This document shows positions 30,450 through 41,134 of a stretch of 64,000 nucleotides of DNA, piece after piece. The stretch's first letter is position 1; each line of letters starts with the position of its first letter. The translations under genes and the position numbers were made by a program. The stretch spans positions 218,193 through 282,192 of IMG/VR virus record IMGVR_UViG_3300042562_001598. One strand, 5' to 3'. The notes under the pieces are model-generated. The model had not been told where the DNA came from. It made no database searches and was given only the letters and a program-made list of their open reading frames with translations.

Positions 30450-31332
30450 AATTTTGATTAAACCAATTAATTGTTTCTTTTACCCCTTCTTCTATTGGTG
30501 TGAATTTGAAATCCGGTAAATAAGATTTTAATTTACTATTATCTGAAGGTTTTCTAAATTGACCATCAGGTTTTGTATCATCAAAAATAACTTTACCCTT
30601 AAAATTAAATTCTTTTACCAATAAATCAACTAAATTAATAATACTTATTTCTTGAGAAGGACTAAAGATTATTGGTTCAGATTCATTATAATTTTCTACA
30701 GCCCATTCCGATAAACGAGCAACATCTTTAGAAAAAATAAACTCCCTTAACGGTTTTCCTGAACCCCAAACTGTAAAATCTGAATTATTTTTTTTAGCTA
30801 AATATATTTTATGGATTAACATCGGTATAACGTGACCATGTTCTAATGAAAAGTTATCATTAGGGCCATAAATATTAGTAGGTATAACAGAAGTATAGTT
30901 AAGACCATATTGTTCTCTATATGCTCTTATTTGAACGTCAGCCATTCTTTTAGCATAAGCATAAGGGTAATTAGAAAAGTGTGGTTCACCTAAATGAATT
31001 TTATCTTCAGTTAATGGATAACTAACATTATCAGGGAATACGCATGTAGATAAAAAACAAACCAAATTTTTAACATTTGATTTTCTTGCCGATTCAATAA
31101 CATTAGTGTTAATCATTATGTTATCGTAAAAATATTCACCTTTATAATTCATATTACCACCAACACCACCAACTTTACCAGCACAATGAATAACATGTGT
31201 AGGTTTTTCCGTGTTGAACATTCCAAGAGTATCGGAGGGGTTTATTAGATTAATTTCACGACCGATTTTAATATCTGATATTATTGATGACCCAACTAAC
31301 CCATTTGAACCTGTAACCAAAAGTTTTTTCAT
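30430..31332 (-). CDS. fcl: GDP-L-fucose synthase (GDP-4-keto-6-deoxymannose epimerase/reductase)
   Basis: VTG..GLVGS, AGKVGG, STCVFP, YAYAKR, PTNIYGP.DNF, HVIP, WGSGKPLREF. Confidence 0.93.
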   Translation of the reverse strand: MKKLLVTGSNGLVGSSIISDIKIGREINLINPSDTLGMFNTEKPTHVIHCAGKVGGVGGNMNYKGEYFYDNIMINTNVIESARKSNVKNLVCFLSTCVFPDNVSYPLTEDKIHLGEPHFSNYPYAYAKRMADVQIRAYREQYGLNYTSVIPTNIYGPNDNFSLEHGHVIPMLIHKIYLAKKNNSDFTVWGSGKPLREFIFSKDVARLSEWAVENYNESEPIIFSPSQEISIINLVDLLVKEFNFKGKVIFDDTKPDGQFRKPSDNSKLKSYLPDFKFTPIEEGVKETINWFNQNYENIRK

Positions 31333-31338
31333 ATTATT

Positions 31339-32103
31339 TTATTTATAAATTTCATAAAATTTATTAACAGAATTCAGAACATTTTCACATTTAATAACTT
31401 CATAAGTTATTATTTTACCATATTTTAATTTTTTAATATGGTTAGAAAAGTTAATATGAAAATTAAAATTTTTAATTATTTCTAATTTATTTTCCGATAT
31501 ATGAATATGGTTAATGTATGTATAATATTTTTCAAAATCAATTATTGGGTCAGAATTCTCTAAAATAATATTATGAGTATCAATCATAGTTTTTATATTA
31601 TTTAGTTTATTTTTAGTAATAAACTCAACAATTTCAGATACTGTGAAAAAATAGTCTCCACCATATATTTTTGAATTAGGTTCTATTGAGATTTGTATCC
31701 CAGTTCCTTCCAAAATAAGGTCTAATTCTTTAAAAACTTTAGTTAAATGTTCTTCCCATCCTTCATATTTTTTTCTAAGTCCAGGTGACCCAAAAACTAA
31801 AATTTTTGAGGATAATAGTTTAGAAATTTCAATTAATCTTTTAAAGTGATTAATAAAAATGTCATCATCTTTAATACCATCACATTTAACACCATAGAAT
31901 AATGATTGTAATGATTCTAATCTAATATCTTTAGAATTTAATATTTTTTTATACTCAATGATTTTATTATCCGATAAGTTTTCCCAAGAAGCTAGTTTTG
32001 TTAATACACCTTCAATATTAAAAATACCTATTTTTTTTATTTCATCAAATATTATTTCAGACTCTTCATTATCCCACGCAAAATTACTTAATGATAAGTT
32101 CAT
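31339..32103 (-). CDS. Sugar phosphate isomerase/epimerase (AP-endonuclease-2 TIM barrel)
   Basis: LVFGSP, IEPN...YG, IDTHN, HIHISE, E motifs. Confidence 0.8.
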   Translation of the reverse strand: MNLSLSNFAWDNEESEIIFDEIKKIGIFNIEGVLTKLASWENLSDNKIIEYKKILNSKDIRLESLQSLFYGVKCDGIKDDDIFINHFKRLIEISKLLSSKILVFGSPGLRKKYEGWEEHLTKVFKELDLILEGTGIQISIEPNSKIYGGDYFFTVSEIVEFITKNKLNNIKTMIDTHNIILENSDPIIDFEKYYTYINHIHISENKLEIIKNFNFHINFSNHIKKLKYGKIITYEVIKCENVLNSVNKFYEIYK

Positions 32104-32851
32104 TTATTAATTCTTTAATTTCTGTTAATATATCTTCTTTCGTGTAAGAATAATCATTTTTTGAGAATTTTGTAGTATAATCATAGACGATTTTATTTTC
32201 TAAAAAACTAACTTTATCTATTAAAGATGGGAACAATTTTATTATTTCTGAAGAATCTATAGGTTCTGGAAATAAATTAAAAATTATATCATTAGGATAT
32301 AATTTTGAATATTCTACAATATCATTAGATAATTTATTTAAGTTATACCACTGATATGAAGAATTAGAATTTATTGATTCAACATTATTACCATTAATCA
32401 AATCAAATAATATGTTTTTTTTTATTTTTTTATTAAAAAGAGCTGGTAAACGAAAAATTTTTAAATCATCAGTTTTTATAAATTCCTTAATTAATACCTC
32501 AAACAGATATCTATTATTACCATAACTTAAATCTCGTATTATAGGTGTTATATTCTCATTTGATTTTAATTGAGTATTACTATACACATCAATAGTTGAG
32601 ATTAGTATTACTTTAGAAAATTTCTTATCTTTAATTAAATTAATAATGTTTAACATATTCTCAAAATCACCAGTTGGGTTTTTATTAACTAACCATTTAG
32701 TCGCTGGTAAACAAGTTAAGTACAATTCTGAACCATCTTCCACAATTTTTGGAAAATCAATTATATTAGAGCTATTAAAAGTTAAGTCAAAATTAATTGT
32801 TTCACATAAAGTTGAACCAACTAAACCGGTATTACCTATTATTATTTTCAT
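32084..32851 (-). CDS. NAD(P)-dependent epimerase/dehydratase-like protein
   Basis: IIGNTGLVGS, LISTIDVY, YG.NR, RLPALF. Confidence 0.8.
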   Translation of the reverse strand: MKIIIGNTGLVGSTLCETINFDLTFNSSNIIDFPKIVEDGSELYLTCLPATKWLVNKNPTGDFENMLNIINLIKDKKFSKVILISTIDVYSNTQLKSNENITPIIRDLSYGNNRYLFEVLIKEFIKTDDLKIFRLPALFNKKIKKNILFDLINGNNVESINSNSSYQWYNLNKLSNDIVEYSKLYPNDIIFNLFPEPIDSSEIIKLFPSLIDKVSFLENKIVYDYTTKFSKNDYSYTKEDILTEIKELINELIIK

Positions 32852-32855
32852 TAAA

Positions 32856-33842
32856 TTAAAATTGTATTTTTTGTTTTATATAATCCTCAATCAAATAAAC
32901 ACCCTGTATTTTACCCGTAAAACAATTAATTAAATTATTGTTTTCAATAATAATAGGTGACCTATCATCAGATAGGTTATCAATTTTTGATTTTGTAGAT
33001 AAAAAATATGATTTAAATCTAAAATCATTTGTAAAATTATTATAATATTTCGTAATTCTACTTTCAATTAAAGCTTGTTTTTTCTCAACAATAGTATTGT
33101 CAAAATTTTTAATAAAAGTATTTAATTTTTTAACTGAATTAAATTTTTTTATAGGTGTGAATTCAACATCGGTAACGGTATAATCGTTATTTTCGTAAGG
33201 GTAAATTGAGAATAATTTACCATCAACTAAAGTTAACGCATCAAAATCAGTTAACTTTATTTTTTCGTAAATCAATGTTAAGGTTAATTCATAAAATGAA
33301 TTATATTCATCATTATATTTTATATGGTTATTAGTACAATTTATTACTAAATCATATTCCTTTTGGAGTTTTTTAATTTTATTTTTATTTATATTTTCAT
33401 TAATTAATAAATGACGTAATTCTTTATTAAAGAATAAATTAGCTTTTTTAAAGTCAATAAATCTTTCTTTAGTGTTAACACAACCTTCAATTTTATTTAA
33501 ACCTATGTTAATATTTTCAATTTCATATTTATTAAAAATCTCCAAGAATGTTCCGTAATCAATTATTGACTCATTAGTCGGGACACAATATAAATTTTTT
33601 ATCAGTTCTTTAGTTAGAAATGAATAATCATCCATAAATCTATTAAAAGTTGTTAGACATAAATTTCTAGTTTTTAAATTTCTTGAGTAATGAAATCCAA
33701 GATGTAACCTGTTTTGATTGTTATATGATGTTTCTGTAAATAATTCAACATTTTTATCGTATATAGTAATATTATGAGAATCTTTTAATTTATGAGCTAA
33801 ATGACACCCAACCCAACCACCACCAATTATTGCAATATTCAT
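32856..33842 (-). CDS. FAD-dependent oxidoreductase
   Basis: IAIIGGGWVGC, S..NQNRLHLGFHY, GKI. Confidence 0.85.
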   Translation of the reverse strand: MNIAIIGGGWVGCHLAHKLKDSHNITIYDKNVELFTETSYNNQNRLHLGFHYSRNLKTRNLCLTTFNRFMDDYSFLTKELIKNLYCVPTNESIIDYGTFLEIFNKYEIENINIGLNKIEGCVNTKERFIDFKKANLFFNKELRHLLINENINKNKIKKLQKEYDLVINCTNNHIKYNDEYNSFYELTLTLIYEKIKLTDFDALTLVDGKLFSIYPYENNDYTVTDVEFTPIKKFNSVKKLNTFIKNFDNTIVEKKQALIESRITKYYNNFTNDFRFKSYFLSTKSKIDNLSDDRSPIIIENNNLINCFTGKIQGVYLIEDYIKQKIQF

Positions 33843-33847
33843 AGTTG

Positions 33848-34558
33848 TCAGTATTTAATTGTTTTATAATTATCCATATTTATGGGTGTATGATTTCTAA
33901 AATGATAAATTCTAAATAGACTATCGTCAATAGTAACTTCATTACCATAATTAATTTGTTGATATTCAATATGTGATATTTTAAATTCAGTTGAAATGTT
34001 ACCATCATTTCTCATAAAATGATGTGCGTCAACACAACTAATAAAATTTTTAGGTTTAATCATTGACTTACCTCTATATCTGTATTCAGAATTATATCTC
34101 TGTTCATCAGTCCAAATAAGATTTGATTGACCCAAAATTAATTTAGATTCATCAAATCCACCCTTAAAATCCCAAGAATTAATATATAAACATTCGCTAT
34201 TTAGTAATTCTAAAAATGTTTTAAACTCAATATCTTTTTGAGGAAAAATAAATTCGTCAACCTCAATAAAACAAATCCAATCTAATTCAGAATAATTTTT
34301 TAAAGTGAAATCATACATTTTATGACTACGTTTAATCCATGAATTAACTATGTGACTCGGTGCAACTTCTGAAGTTAAATAAATATCAATATCAATATTT
34401 GGAATATTGGATAATATTAAGTGTGAATCGTCTGTACAATCATCTAAAAAAATGATAAATTTATTAACCCCTAAATTATTATGGTATGTAATCCATTCAA
34501 CTAATCTACTACCTTGATTTTTACTCATTGTAGCTAAACCTATATTCATATTATTCAT
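33848..34558 (-). CDS. GT-A glycosyltransferase (GT2_4/GT92-like)
   Basis: LVEWITYH..LGV..F..F.DD..D; W..FIEVDEF; KS. Confidence 0.7.
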   Translation of the reverse strand: MNNMNIGLATMSKNQGSRLVEWITYHNNLGVNKFIIFLDDCTDDSHLILSNIPNIDIDIYLTSEVAPSHIVNSWIKRSHKMYDFTLKNYSELDWICFIEVDEFIFPQKDIEFKTFLELLNSECLYINSWDFKGGFDESKLILGQSNLIWTDEQRYNSEYRYRGKSMIKPKNFISCVDAHHFMRNDGNISTEFKISHIEYQQINYGNEVTIDDSLFRIYHFRNHTPINMDNYKTIKY

Positions 34559-35240
34559 CCGTTAAATATTTATATACTAAATTAGAATAAACAACATCAA
34601 AATCATTTGTTCTAACTTTAATTCTTATATGCGTATTATTACGTATATCTTCTTTAGTAAAAAAAAAGTTTTCAGTTACAATATCAAATCTATTAATACC
34701 ACCGTAATTAGGTTTAATTCCATTTAATTTATTTAACACAAATCCAATAAAAATATCATCCGTCCAAGTTTCATTTAAGAGATTTTTATTATCTAAAATT
34801 AAATTGACTGATTTTGTATTTAATAAAATTCCAGCACCAGAACAAAAATAATAATCTTTATAATGACCCACTAAACCATCGTAAACATATTCTCTATCTT
34901 TTGATATTTCTTCACAATACTCATAAAATTTATCAAAATTCATAATAGTTGACAGATTAGTTTTGAATACTAAATCAAAATTATTTTGAGTAAAATATTC
35001 AAGTCCTGCAATAACTTTTAATAATAAAGCATACCAATAATCCTCAACACACTTAGTAATTAAATTATTACCTTGGATTTGATAATTTTCGGATATTTCA
35101 TTATCTGAATATAGAAATTTAAACTCAATATTTAACTTAGAAGTATCAATATTTGAGATTTGGTTATCCCAAATTCTTTTAAAGTTAGTAAAACTTTCAT
35201 CTTTGGTTTTATGAGACATTATTAAAATTAATATTTTCAT
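34551..35240 (-). CDS. Putative GT31-like glycosyltransferase
   Basis: LLKV..GL, FDLVFKTN, CSGAGILL, DDIFIG. Confidence 0.55.
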   Translation of the reverse strand: MKILILIMSHKTKDESFTNFKRIWDNQISNIDTSKLNIEFKFLYSDNEISENYQIQGNNLITKCVEDYWYALLLKVIAGLEYFTQNNFDLVFKTNLSTIMNFDKFYEYCEEISKDREYVYDGLVGHYKDYYFCSGAGILLNTKSVNLILDNKNLLNETWTDDIFIGFVLNKLNGIKPNYGGINRFDIVTENFFFTKEDIRNNTHIRIKVRTNDFDVVYSNLVYKYLTDE

Positions 35241-35243
35241 ATT

Positions 35244-35879
35244 TTAATTCAAATAATCATTTAAAACCCATATACTGTCAGATTGTAAAGTTCCTCCTGA
35301 ACAATATTCAAAATATATTTGAGAATAATTATGTTCAATTAAAAATTTTGCAACATCATCATAAAGTTTTTGACCTTTCCAAACTTCCCGATGTTCACAC
35401 TCTAAATGGAATGATTTAATTTTATTTAACTCATTTCCAAAACTACTTAAAACTTCAATTGTTAAACCTTCAACATCTACTTTACAGATATCAATATCTT
35501 TATTTATTTTATTTAATAATTGTTTACCTGTTATAGTTTTTACTTTAATTATATTTGTTTTTGATTCATACCATTCATCATTACGATTAATTAATGAACT
35601 AGTTCCAACGTCATTAGGGTCTGAACTAATTACTTGGTAAAAATCATGTTCAGTTTCCTCGTTAAAAATAGCATTTTGAATAATATTAAAATTAGGGTAA
35701 GAATTTTCAATAACCTTAATTTGATTTGGATTTGGTTCAACCACCCAAACATTTTCATTATTAAGTTGGAAATACCCCATCAATTCATTAGCGTCATTAC
35801 CATCTCTAGACCCTATCTCTAAAATTATTTTTGGAGATATTTTAGTTTTTTCAACAATATTATTGTAATAATTTTTCAT
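35244..35879 (-). CDS. FkbM-family methyltransferase
   Basis: LEIGSRDG, VEPNP, KVDVEG, E motifs. Confidence 0.85.
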   Translation of the reverse strand: MKNYYNNIVEKTKISPKIILEIGSRDGNDANELMGYFQLNNENVWVVEPNPNQIKVIENSYPNFNIIQNAIFNEETEHDFYQVISSDPNDVGTSSLINRNDEWYESKTNIIKVKTITGKQLLNKINKDIDICKVDVEGLTIEVLSSFGNELNKIKSFHLECEHREVWKGQKLYDDVAKFLIEHNYSQIYFEYCSGGTLQSDSIWVLNDYLN

Positions 35880-36605
35880 TTAATTTAGACAATTTATTAA
35901 TTTATTTATTTCTTCAGAATATTGAGTATAAGGTCTTAAAGAATGTGAATCTATATAATACCCTTCAGAGACTTTAATTGGGTCATAATTCCAAAATCCT
36001 CTATCAATACGTTTACATAATATTTCGGACCACCCTCTTTTTAGTAAAATTACGTTATTAGTACGTAAATTAAATTCATTCACTTTTTCATATAAATATT
36101 TTTGGTCGGTAGACCAACCTTGATTTCTATTTTTCATTAAAAGTACAAAAGACTCCCAATCTAAATCCAAATTTAAAATATTTCTAAATGATTCACTATG
36201 TGATGAAACATAACACATAGGGTATTCATGTTTAGCCAAACATTCTGGATGGTCAGAAGAGTATACAACAATATTATTTTCTGTTAAATAACTTGCACAA
36301 TCCTCAAAATATTTAGTAGAAAGTGGAATTATATCAATATCACTAATCAAACAGTAACCTTTTAACATTTTTGGTAAAAATAACCTCACTATTTGGGATT
36401 GGAGTCCTGTATCAATACCATTAACCGATTTAAATTTTTTAACTATACCATATTCAGATTCTTGAAAATCTGAATCTTCATCACTAATTAAACCTAAAAC
36501 GGGAGTTATATTAAATTTTTCTTTCCAAACTTTTGATATTATTGGCCAAAAATCTAAATAATATGGGTTTTCATTTGAAGCTACTATTACATAATCAATT
36601 TTCAT
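35880..36605 (-). CDS. Putative GT-A glycosyltransferase
   Basis: RL, ISDIDIIP, W.TDQ, YIDSH..RP. Confidence 0.55.
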   Translation of the reverse strand: MKIDYVIVASNENPYYLDFWPIISKVWKEKFNITPVLGLISDEDSDFQESEYGIVKKFKSVNGIDTGLQSQIVRLFLPKMLKGYCLISDIDIIPLSTKYFEDCASYLTENNIVVYSSDHPECLAKHEYPMCYVSSHSESFRNILNLDLDWESFVLLMKNRNQGWSTDQKYLYEKVNEFNLRTNNVILLKRGWSEILCKRIDRGFWNYDPIKVSEGYYIDSHSLRPYTQYSEEINKLINCLN

Positions 36606-36626
36606 AGTTTTTTAAATATTTTATGT

Positions 36627-37286
36627 TTAGTATTGAGTGATATAATCATCTTTATAAGATTTATAACTATTTAATTCATAATCAAGTAATGGTTCATCAA
36701 TAAAATAACAAACATAACCCAATTTTGTAATTTTTAACCATGTATCATAATCTTCAATACCTCTTAAATGGTTTGATTCTGATATAAGATTTACGTCATT
36801 TAATAAATCTTTATACACCAACACTGATGAATTAATTATTAAATTATGTTTTAGTAGTAAATCATAATTAAATTCATATATATTTTCAGGATTTTTTTGA
36901 TTCCAAATGTTAAGGTATTTACCTTTAGCGTATAATTGATTTTCATAATACGACTCAGTACATATAAATTTATATTTATCTGTTAAAGACATTTGTTTTT
37001 CTAATTTTTCAGATTTCCAAGTATCATCATCATCTAAAAAAGCTATCCAATCACCAAGAGATTGTCTTATTCCAAAATTTCTAACAATAGCTGGTAAACC
37101 ACTACGTTTAGTTAATTTAAAATATCTAATATCATTTCTTTTTTCTAATTCATCATATCTAATGTCGTCTGAACAATCATTAATAACTATTATTTCAAAA
37201 TCAGTATAAGTTTGGTTCAGAACTGAATTTATAGCTCTTTGAACTAGTTCAAATCTATTATATGTTGGTATTATAACACTTACCAT
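36627..37286 (-). CDS. GT2 glycosyltransferase
   Basis: VSVIIPTYNR, INDCSDD, RNFGI, FLDDDD, KLEKQ, EDY. Confidence 0.92.
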   Translation of the reverse strand: MVSVIIPTYNRFELVQRAINSVLNQTYTDFEIIVINDCSDDIRYDELEKRNDIRYFKLTKRSGLPAIVRNFGIRQSLGDWIAFLDDDDTWKSEKLEKQMSLTDKYKFICTESYYENQLYAKGKYLNIWNQKNPENIYEFNYDLLLKHNLIINSSVLVYKDLLNDVNLISESNHLRGIEDYDTWLKITKLGYVCYFIDEPLLDYELNSYKSYKDDYITQY

Positions 37287-37299
37287 ATTCTTTATTTTT

Positions 37300-37734
37300 T
37301 TACATTACCATTTTATAATCATTACCGACTGGATTGTTATTTTCGTCAATTCTATCGCCAATAAATCTATTTATTTCCCTTTTCACCGGAAAAGCTTCAT
37401 TATTTTGAATATAATCAACTTGTTGTTCAAGCTTGGTTGGTAAATATAAATCATCCGCATCTAAAAATCCAACCCATTCAGTATTAACATATTGTAAACC
37501 AAAATTTTTAGCATAAGATAATCCTTCTTTTTTATCCTTTATTAATACCGTTAAATCTAAATCATAGTTTAAAGAATTAATCATTTCTTTAGTTTTACCC
37601 CAACATTGGTCTAAAACAATAATTGTTTTAAATTTTTTATAAGTTTGATTTACTAACGAAAGTATTGATTTATTCAATAACATATCGTGAAATTCGTTTG
37701 TGCTATGAACACAAATTAAAATTGTTAATGTCAT
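37300..37734 (-). pseudogene. Truncated/chimeric GT2 gene (probable in-frame deletion)
   Basis: GT2 N-half (AKNFGL, FLDADD, KLEQQ) ends abruptly; the last ~31 aa resemble the C-terminus of the 37742-38395 family. Confidence 0.6.
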
Positions 37735-37741
37735 ATTATTT

Positions 37742-38395
37742 TTAATAAATTTTTAAATAATACTCCGGATGTCTCTTTTCATTTTCATCAAAAACATCCC
37801 CAATAAATTCTTTATTTATTCTTTCAGATGGAAATTTTTTAGAATTACTATTATAATTTAAGTATGAGTCGTGTACAAAACTATGATTAACAACTAAAGG
37901 ATATATTTTTTCTCTTAAAAAATTTTGGTCTACTTGCCAAAAATTACCCTTAACATAATCATCAATAATGGTTTTAATATTATTTATTAAACCATTTCTA
38001 ACACCCCACATACCACCTAAAATTTCTGTGGTGTGATATGGATGGTCTCTCATTATGTGAAAATCTTTATCTGATTTTAACCATTCATCCACCGCTAATT
38101 TTTCTCTATTTGATAAACGACTATCAGTATCACGAGATAACATAACATCTGAATCATCACAAGCGTAAAACCTCCAAAACATACCTGACCAATCACCATC
38201 AACATCCATTATAATAATTTCAGTGTGAGGTAACGATTTTAATGTTTCTATAATACTAGTTGGAACTGAAAGACCACAATAAAATCTTGACACCCACCCC
38301 GGAAAAATTATAGGGGTTAATTCGGCATTTCTGATTGCACCTATAGTATACTTGGAATTGTCACCCCAAAGTGAAAAACTTATTATTTTTTTCAT
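37742..38395 (-). CDS. Putative glycosyltransferase-like protein
   Basis: ISFSLWG, GMFWRF, RDTDSR, HIMRDHPYH, GGMWG, DQ.FL. Confidence 0.6.
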   Translation of the reverse strand: MKKIISFSLWGDNSKYTIGAIRNAELTPIIFPGWVSRFYCGLSVPTSIIETLKSLPHTEIIIMDVDGDWSGMFWRFYACDDSDVMLSRDTDSRLSNREKLAVDEWLKSDKDFHIMRDHPYHTTEILGGMWGVRNGLINNIKTIIDDYVKGNFWQVDQNFLREKIYPLVVNHSFVHDSYLNYNSNSKKFPSERINKEFIGDVFDENEKRHPEYYLKIY

Positions 38396-39057
38396 AGTTC
38401 AAAATTTACTAATTTTCGGTTTAGATACAAATTTCTATCAACATCATTATTTTTTGAATTGTTTAAATGAATATCATCTCTATCGCCAATCCCAATATCT
38501 GGATGTTCGTGTTTGATTATAACTTCAGAAAAATAAGTTTGTTTTTCTAATAAATTGGCAACATCGGTAAATTCGTTATCAGCCCACAATGATTTATATT
38601 CAGGTTGGTAAATGTAATTAAATCTTTTATAATATTTTTTACCTAAAATACACAAAGTATTTAATTTGTTTCCTTGATGACCATCATTAAACCAAAGAAC
38701 TCCATCTGTGTCAGGATAATTTTCTTTCATATTATTTCTAATTATTGTGTCGTAGCCTTTAACTTTAGGTATCATATCGTCAGAGGCTAATAAAACAATA
38801 TCCCAATTTTTAAAAAAATTAAGGTCTCTGTTAACAGCATCAATTTTAGATTTACTTTTACCATAAATAACATCTGTATTTTTATAACTTTTTAACGAGT
38901 TAATAATTTCTAAATTGTTCATATCCTCATCATCAACATCTAAAGTTATTAAAAATTTTGTGTTTTCAATGTCATCACATAAATCAATATATTGATTAAA
39001 GACTTCTAAAAATTTTGTTCGTCTACCTCTCGTTGGGAATTTAATTAATAATTTCAT
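38392..39057 (-). CDS. GT-A glycosyltransferase-like protein
   Basis: KFPTRGR, SKIDAVN, LASDDM, WADNEFT, HEHP. Confidence 0.7.
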   Translation of the reverse strand: MKLLIKFPTRGRRTKFLEVFNQYIDLCDDIENTKFLITLDVDDEDMNNLEIINSLKSYKNTDVIYGKSKSKIDAVNRDLNFFKNWDIVLLASDDMIPKVKGYDTIIRNNMKENYPDTDGVLWFNDGHQGNKLNTLCILGKKYYKRFNYIYQPEYKSLWADNEFTDVANLLEKQTYFSEVIIKHEHPDIGIGDRDDIHLNNSKNNDVDRNLYLNRKLVNFEL

Positions 39058-39060
39058 ATC

Positions 39061-39624
39061 TTAAAAATTAACATTATAATAAACTTCAGGTGTTGTTATG
39101 AAGTTATTAGTTAATGATTTTAATTTAATTAAAAAATCAAAATCCTCACCATCTCTATTAGTATTAAATAATAAATCGTTAAATTTATTTTTATAACAGA
39201 ATGAAATTCCAACATCACCAAAAATAATATTATTATTATTATGTCCTGGTATTACTCTACCATCATTTAATATCATTCTCCAAATTACAAAATCATAGTT
39301 TGAGTAATTTTCATATAGAGTATTCACATAATCAGGATGTAAAGTATCATCATCATCCAAAAATCCAATCCATTCAGTATTAACCTTTTTAATACCTTCA
39401 TTTCTAACTAAACCCGATTGACCATGAACAGGACCTATAGTTCCAGTTTTTTTAATCTTAATTGTTTTTATCCTATCATCATCAAAAGTAATTCCATCAA
39501 CACCATCATAAATAATTATACACTCCCAATTAGGATTTGTTTGGTCAATTAGTGACTGAATTGATTTTGTTAGAGAATTCCTATTTAATGACGGAATTAT
39601 AAAAGTTATTTTATTTTTACTCAT
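39061..39624 (-). CDS. GT2 glycosyltransferase
   Basis: FIIPS, SL..QT, RNEGI, FLDDDD, GEDF. Confidence 0.88.
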   Translation of the reverse strand: MSKNKITFIIPSLNRNSLTKSIQSLIDQTNPNWECIIIYDGVDGITFDDDRIKTIKIKKTGTIGPVHGQSGLVRNEGIKKVNTEWIGFLDDDDTLHPDYVNTLYENYSNYDFVIWRMILNDGRVIPGHNNNNIIFGDVGISFCYKNKFNDLLFNTNRDGEDFDFLIKLKSLTNNFITTPEVYYNVNF

Positions 39625-39625
39625 T

Positions 39626-41134
39626 TTACTGAACTATTATTTTTGATTTTAATTTTGATAAATTTTCATTCATAAATGGTATTAATGTGTTTAAGTAATC
39701 AGAAGTTTCGTTCTTTTGATTAATTTCTGTTTTACCTCTTGTTTGACTTTCTAAATGATATGCAACCAAGTTACTATCAATAATATTATCATAACTTAAT
39801 ATAACACATTTTAGATTTAATTCAACATCTTCAAAACAAGTTGTATAATTTTCGTTAAAATATCCACATTGTTCAAACATATGTTTTTTAATCATTAATA
39901 ATGCCGCTGTTGAACCGATAACTGATTTCTGACCTATTGAGTGGTTAAAATAATTTCCCAACCCTATATGACCTAATAATAATTGAGTCTGTTTATTTAC
40001 CATAGCGAAAACCCCATCGTGTTGTATCGTGTTATCCTCAAAATGTAATCTACAACCAACGGTTCCCACTTTAGGTGTTGTTTTGAATACTTTCAACATT
40101 CCGTAAACAACATTATTTAATAATTTAATATCGTTATTACAGAACAGTAAAAATTCATAGTCATTGGTAATATGATTTTTAACAACGTCATTATTAATTT
40201 TCGCAAAATTATAATAATCGTATTCAATTAGTTTAATGTTATTTCTTGAGGAAATATGATTTTTTATTTGAGTTTTTTCTTCTTCTGAAGAACCGGTATC
40301 AGCAATAAAAATATCAAATAAATTAGGATTACAATGTTCGTAAAATGAATCAAGACAAGGTAATAATAATTCTAAATTTCCTTTTGTAGGTATTATAACA
40401 GCAACTTTACCAATATTTTTAATTGGTTTTTCTTTTATTTCTGGAATGTAAATTTTTTCAGGTTTTAATTCTAACGGTAATTTATCACCATATTTTTCTA
40501 AAAATTTATCTTTACTCTCCCAAAACTCTTGATTTGGTTGACCAACAGATTGATGAGTTATTTCAAATGATGACGTAACCCCAATTTTAACACCGTCCAA
40601 ATAATTTGGGATACAGAATAAATGGTCGTAAAAGTGAAATTTTCCTATTGTTTCGTCAAAGGTATGTTTTATTTTTGTTTTATCAAATGCGATGAATAAA
40701 CCATCAATAGTAACCACAGGAACTAAAAAAGGTAATTTAGGTGAATAAGTACTCAACCATTTTTTTTGACCATCAGGATGGTGATAAACTTGACCAACCA
40801 TTGTTTGACCCATTCGTTCCCAATAAACACCAGATTTAGGATAATAACAAGACCCGGCCTTACCTATGATGGCAAAGTCGGGATTGTTAGTAAAATCGTT
40901 TAATAATTTCTTACCCCAATCTTTTTCTAACTTAATATCATGATGACAACATACGACAATATCGTATGTTGCTTCAGAGATACCTTTATTATAAATTTCG
41001 GCTAAAGTATATTGATTATGATTAACATATTCTAATATTTGAACATCTTTAACACCTACTGTTTGTAACAAATGTTGTTTAAATTTGTTACAATAATCCT
41101 CATCTTTATGAGTTGAATATACTATTGTTATCAT
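39626..41134 (-). CDS. Two-domain GT-A glycosyltransferase
   Basis: N-domain YN.G...CHHD...FDE...FHFYD; C-domain VIIPTK, DTGS, NFA..NN, NND, FED. Confidence 0.85.
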   Translation of the reverse strand: MITIVYSTHKDEDYCNKFKQHLLQTVGVKDVQILEYVNHNQYTLAEIYNKGISEATYDIVVCCHHDIKLEKDWGKKLLNDFTNNPDFAIIGKAGSCYYPKSGVYWERMGQTMVGQVYHHPDGQKKWLSTYSPKLPFLVPVVTIDGLFIAFDKTKIKHTFDETIGKFHFYDHLFCIPNYLDGVKIGVTSSFEITHQSVGQPNQEFWESKDKFLEKYGDKLPLELKPEKIYIPEIKEKPIKNIGKVAVIIPTKGNLELLLPCLDSFYEHCNPNLFDIFIADTGSSEEEKTQIKNHISSRNNIKLIEYDYYNFAKINNDVVKNHITNDYEFLLFCNNDIKLLNNVVYGMLKVFKTTPKVGTVGCRLHFEDNTIQHDGVFAMVNKQTQLLLGHIGLGNYFNHSIGQKSVIGSTAALLMIKKHMFEQCGYFNENYTTCFEDVELNLKCVILSYDNIIDSNLVAYHLESQTRGKTEINQKNETSDYLNTLIPFMNENLSKLKSKIIVQ

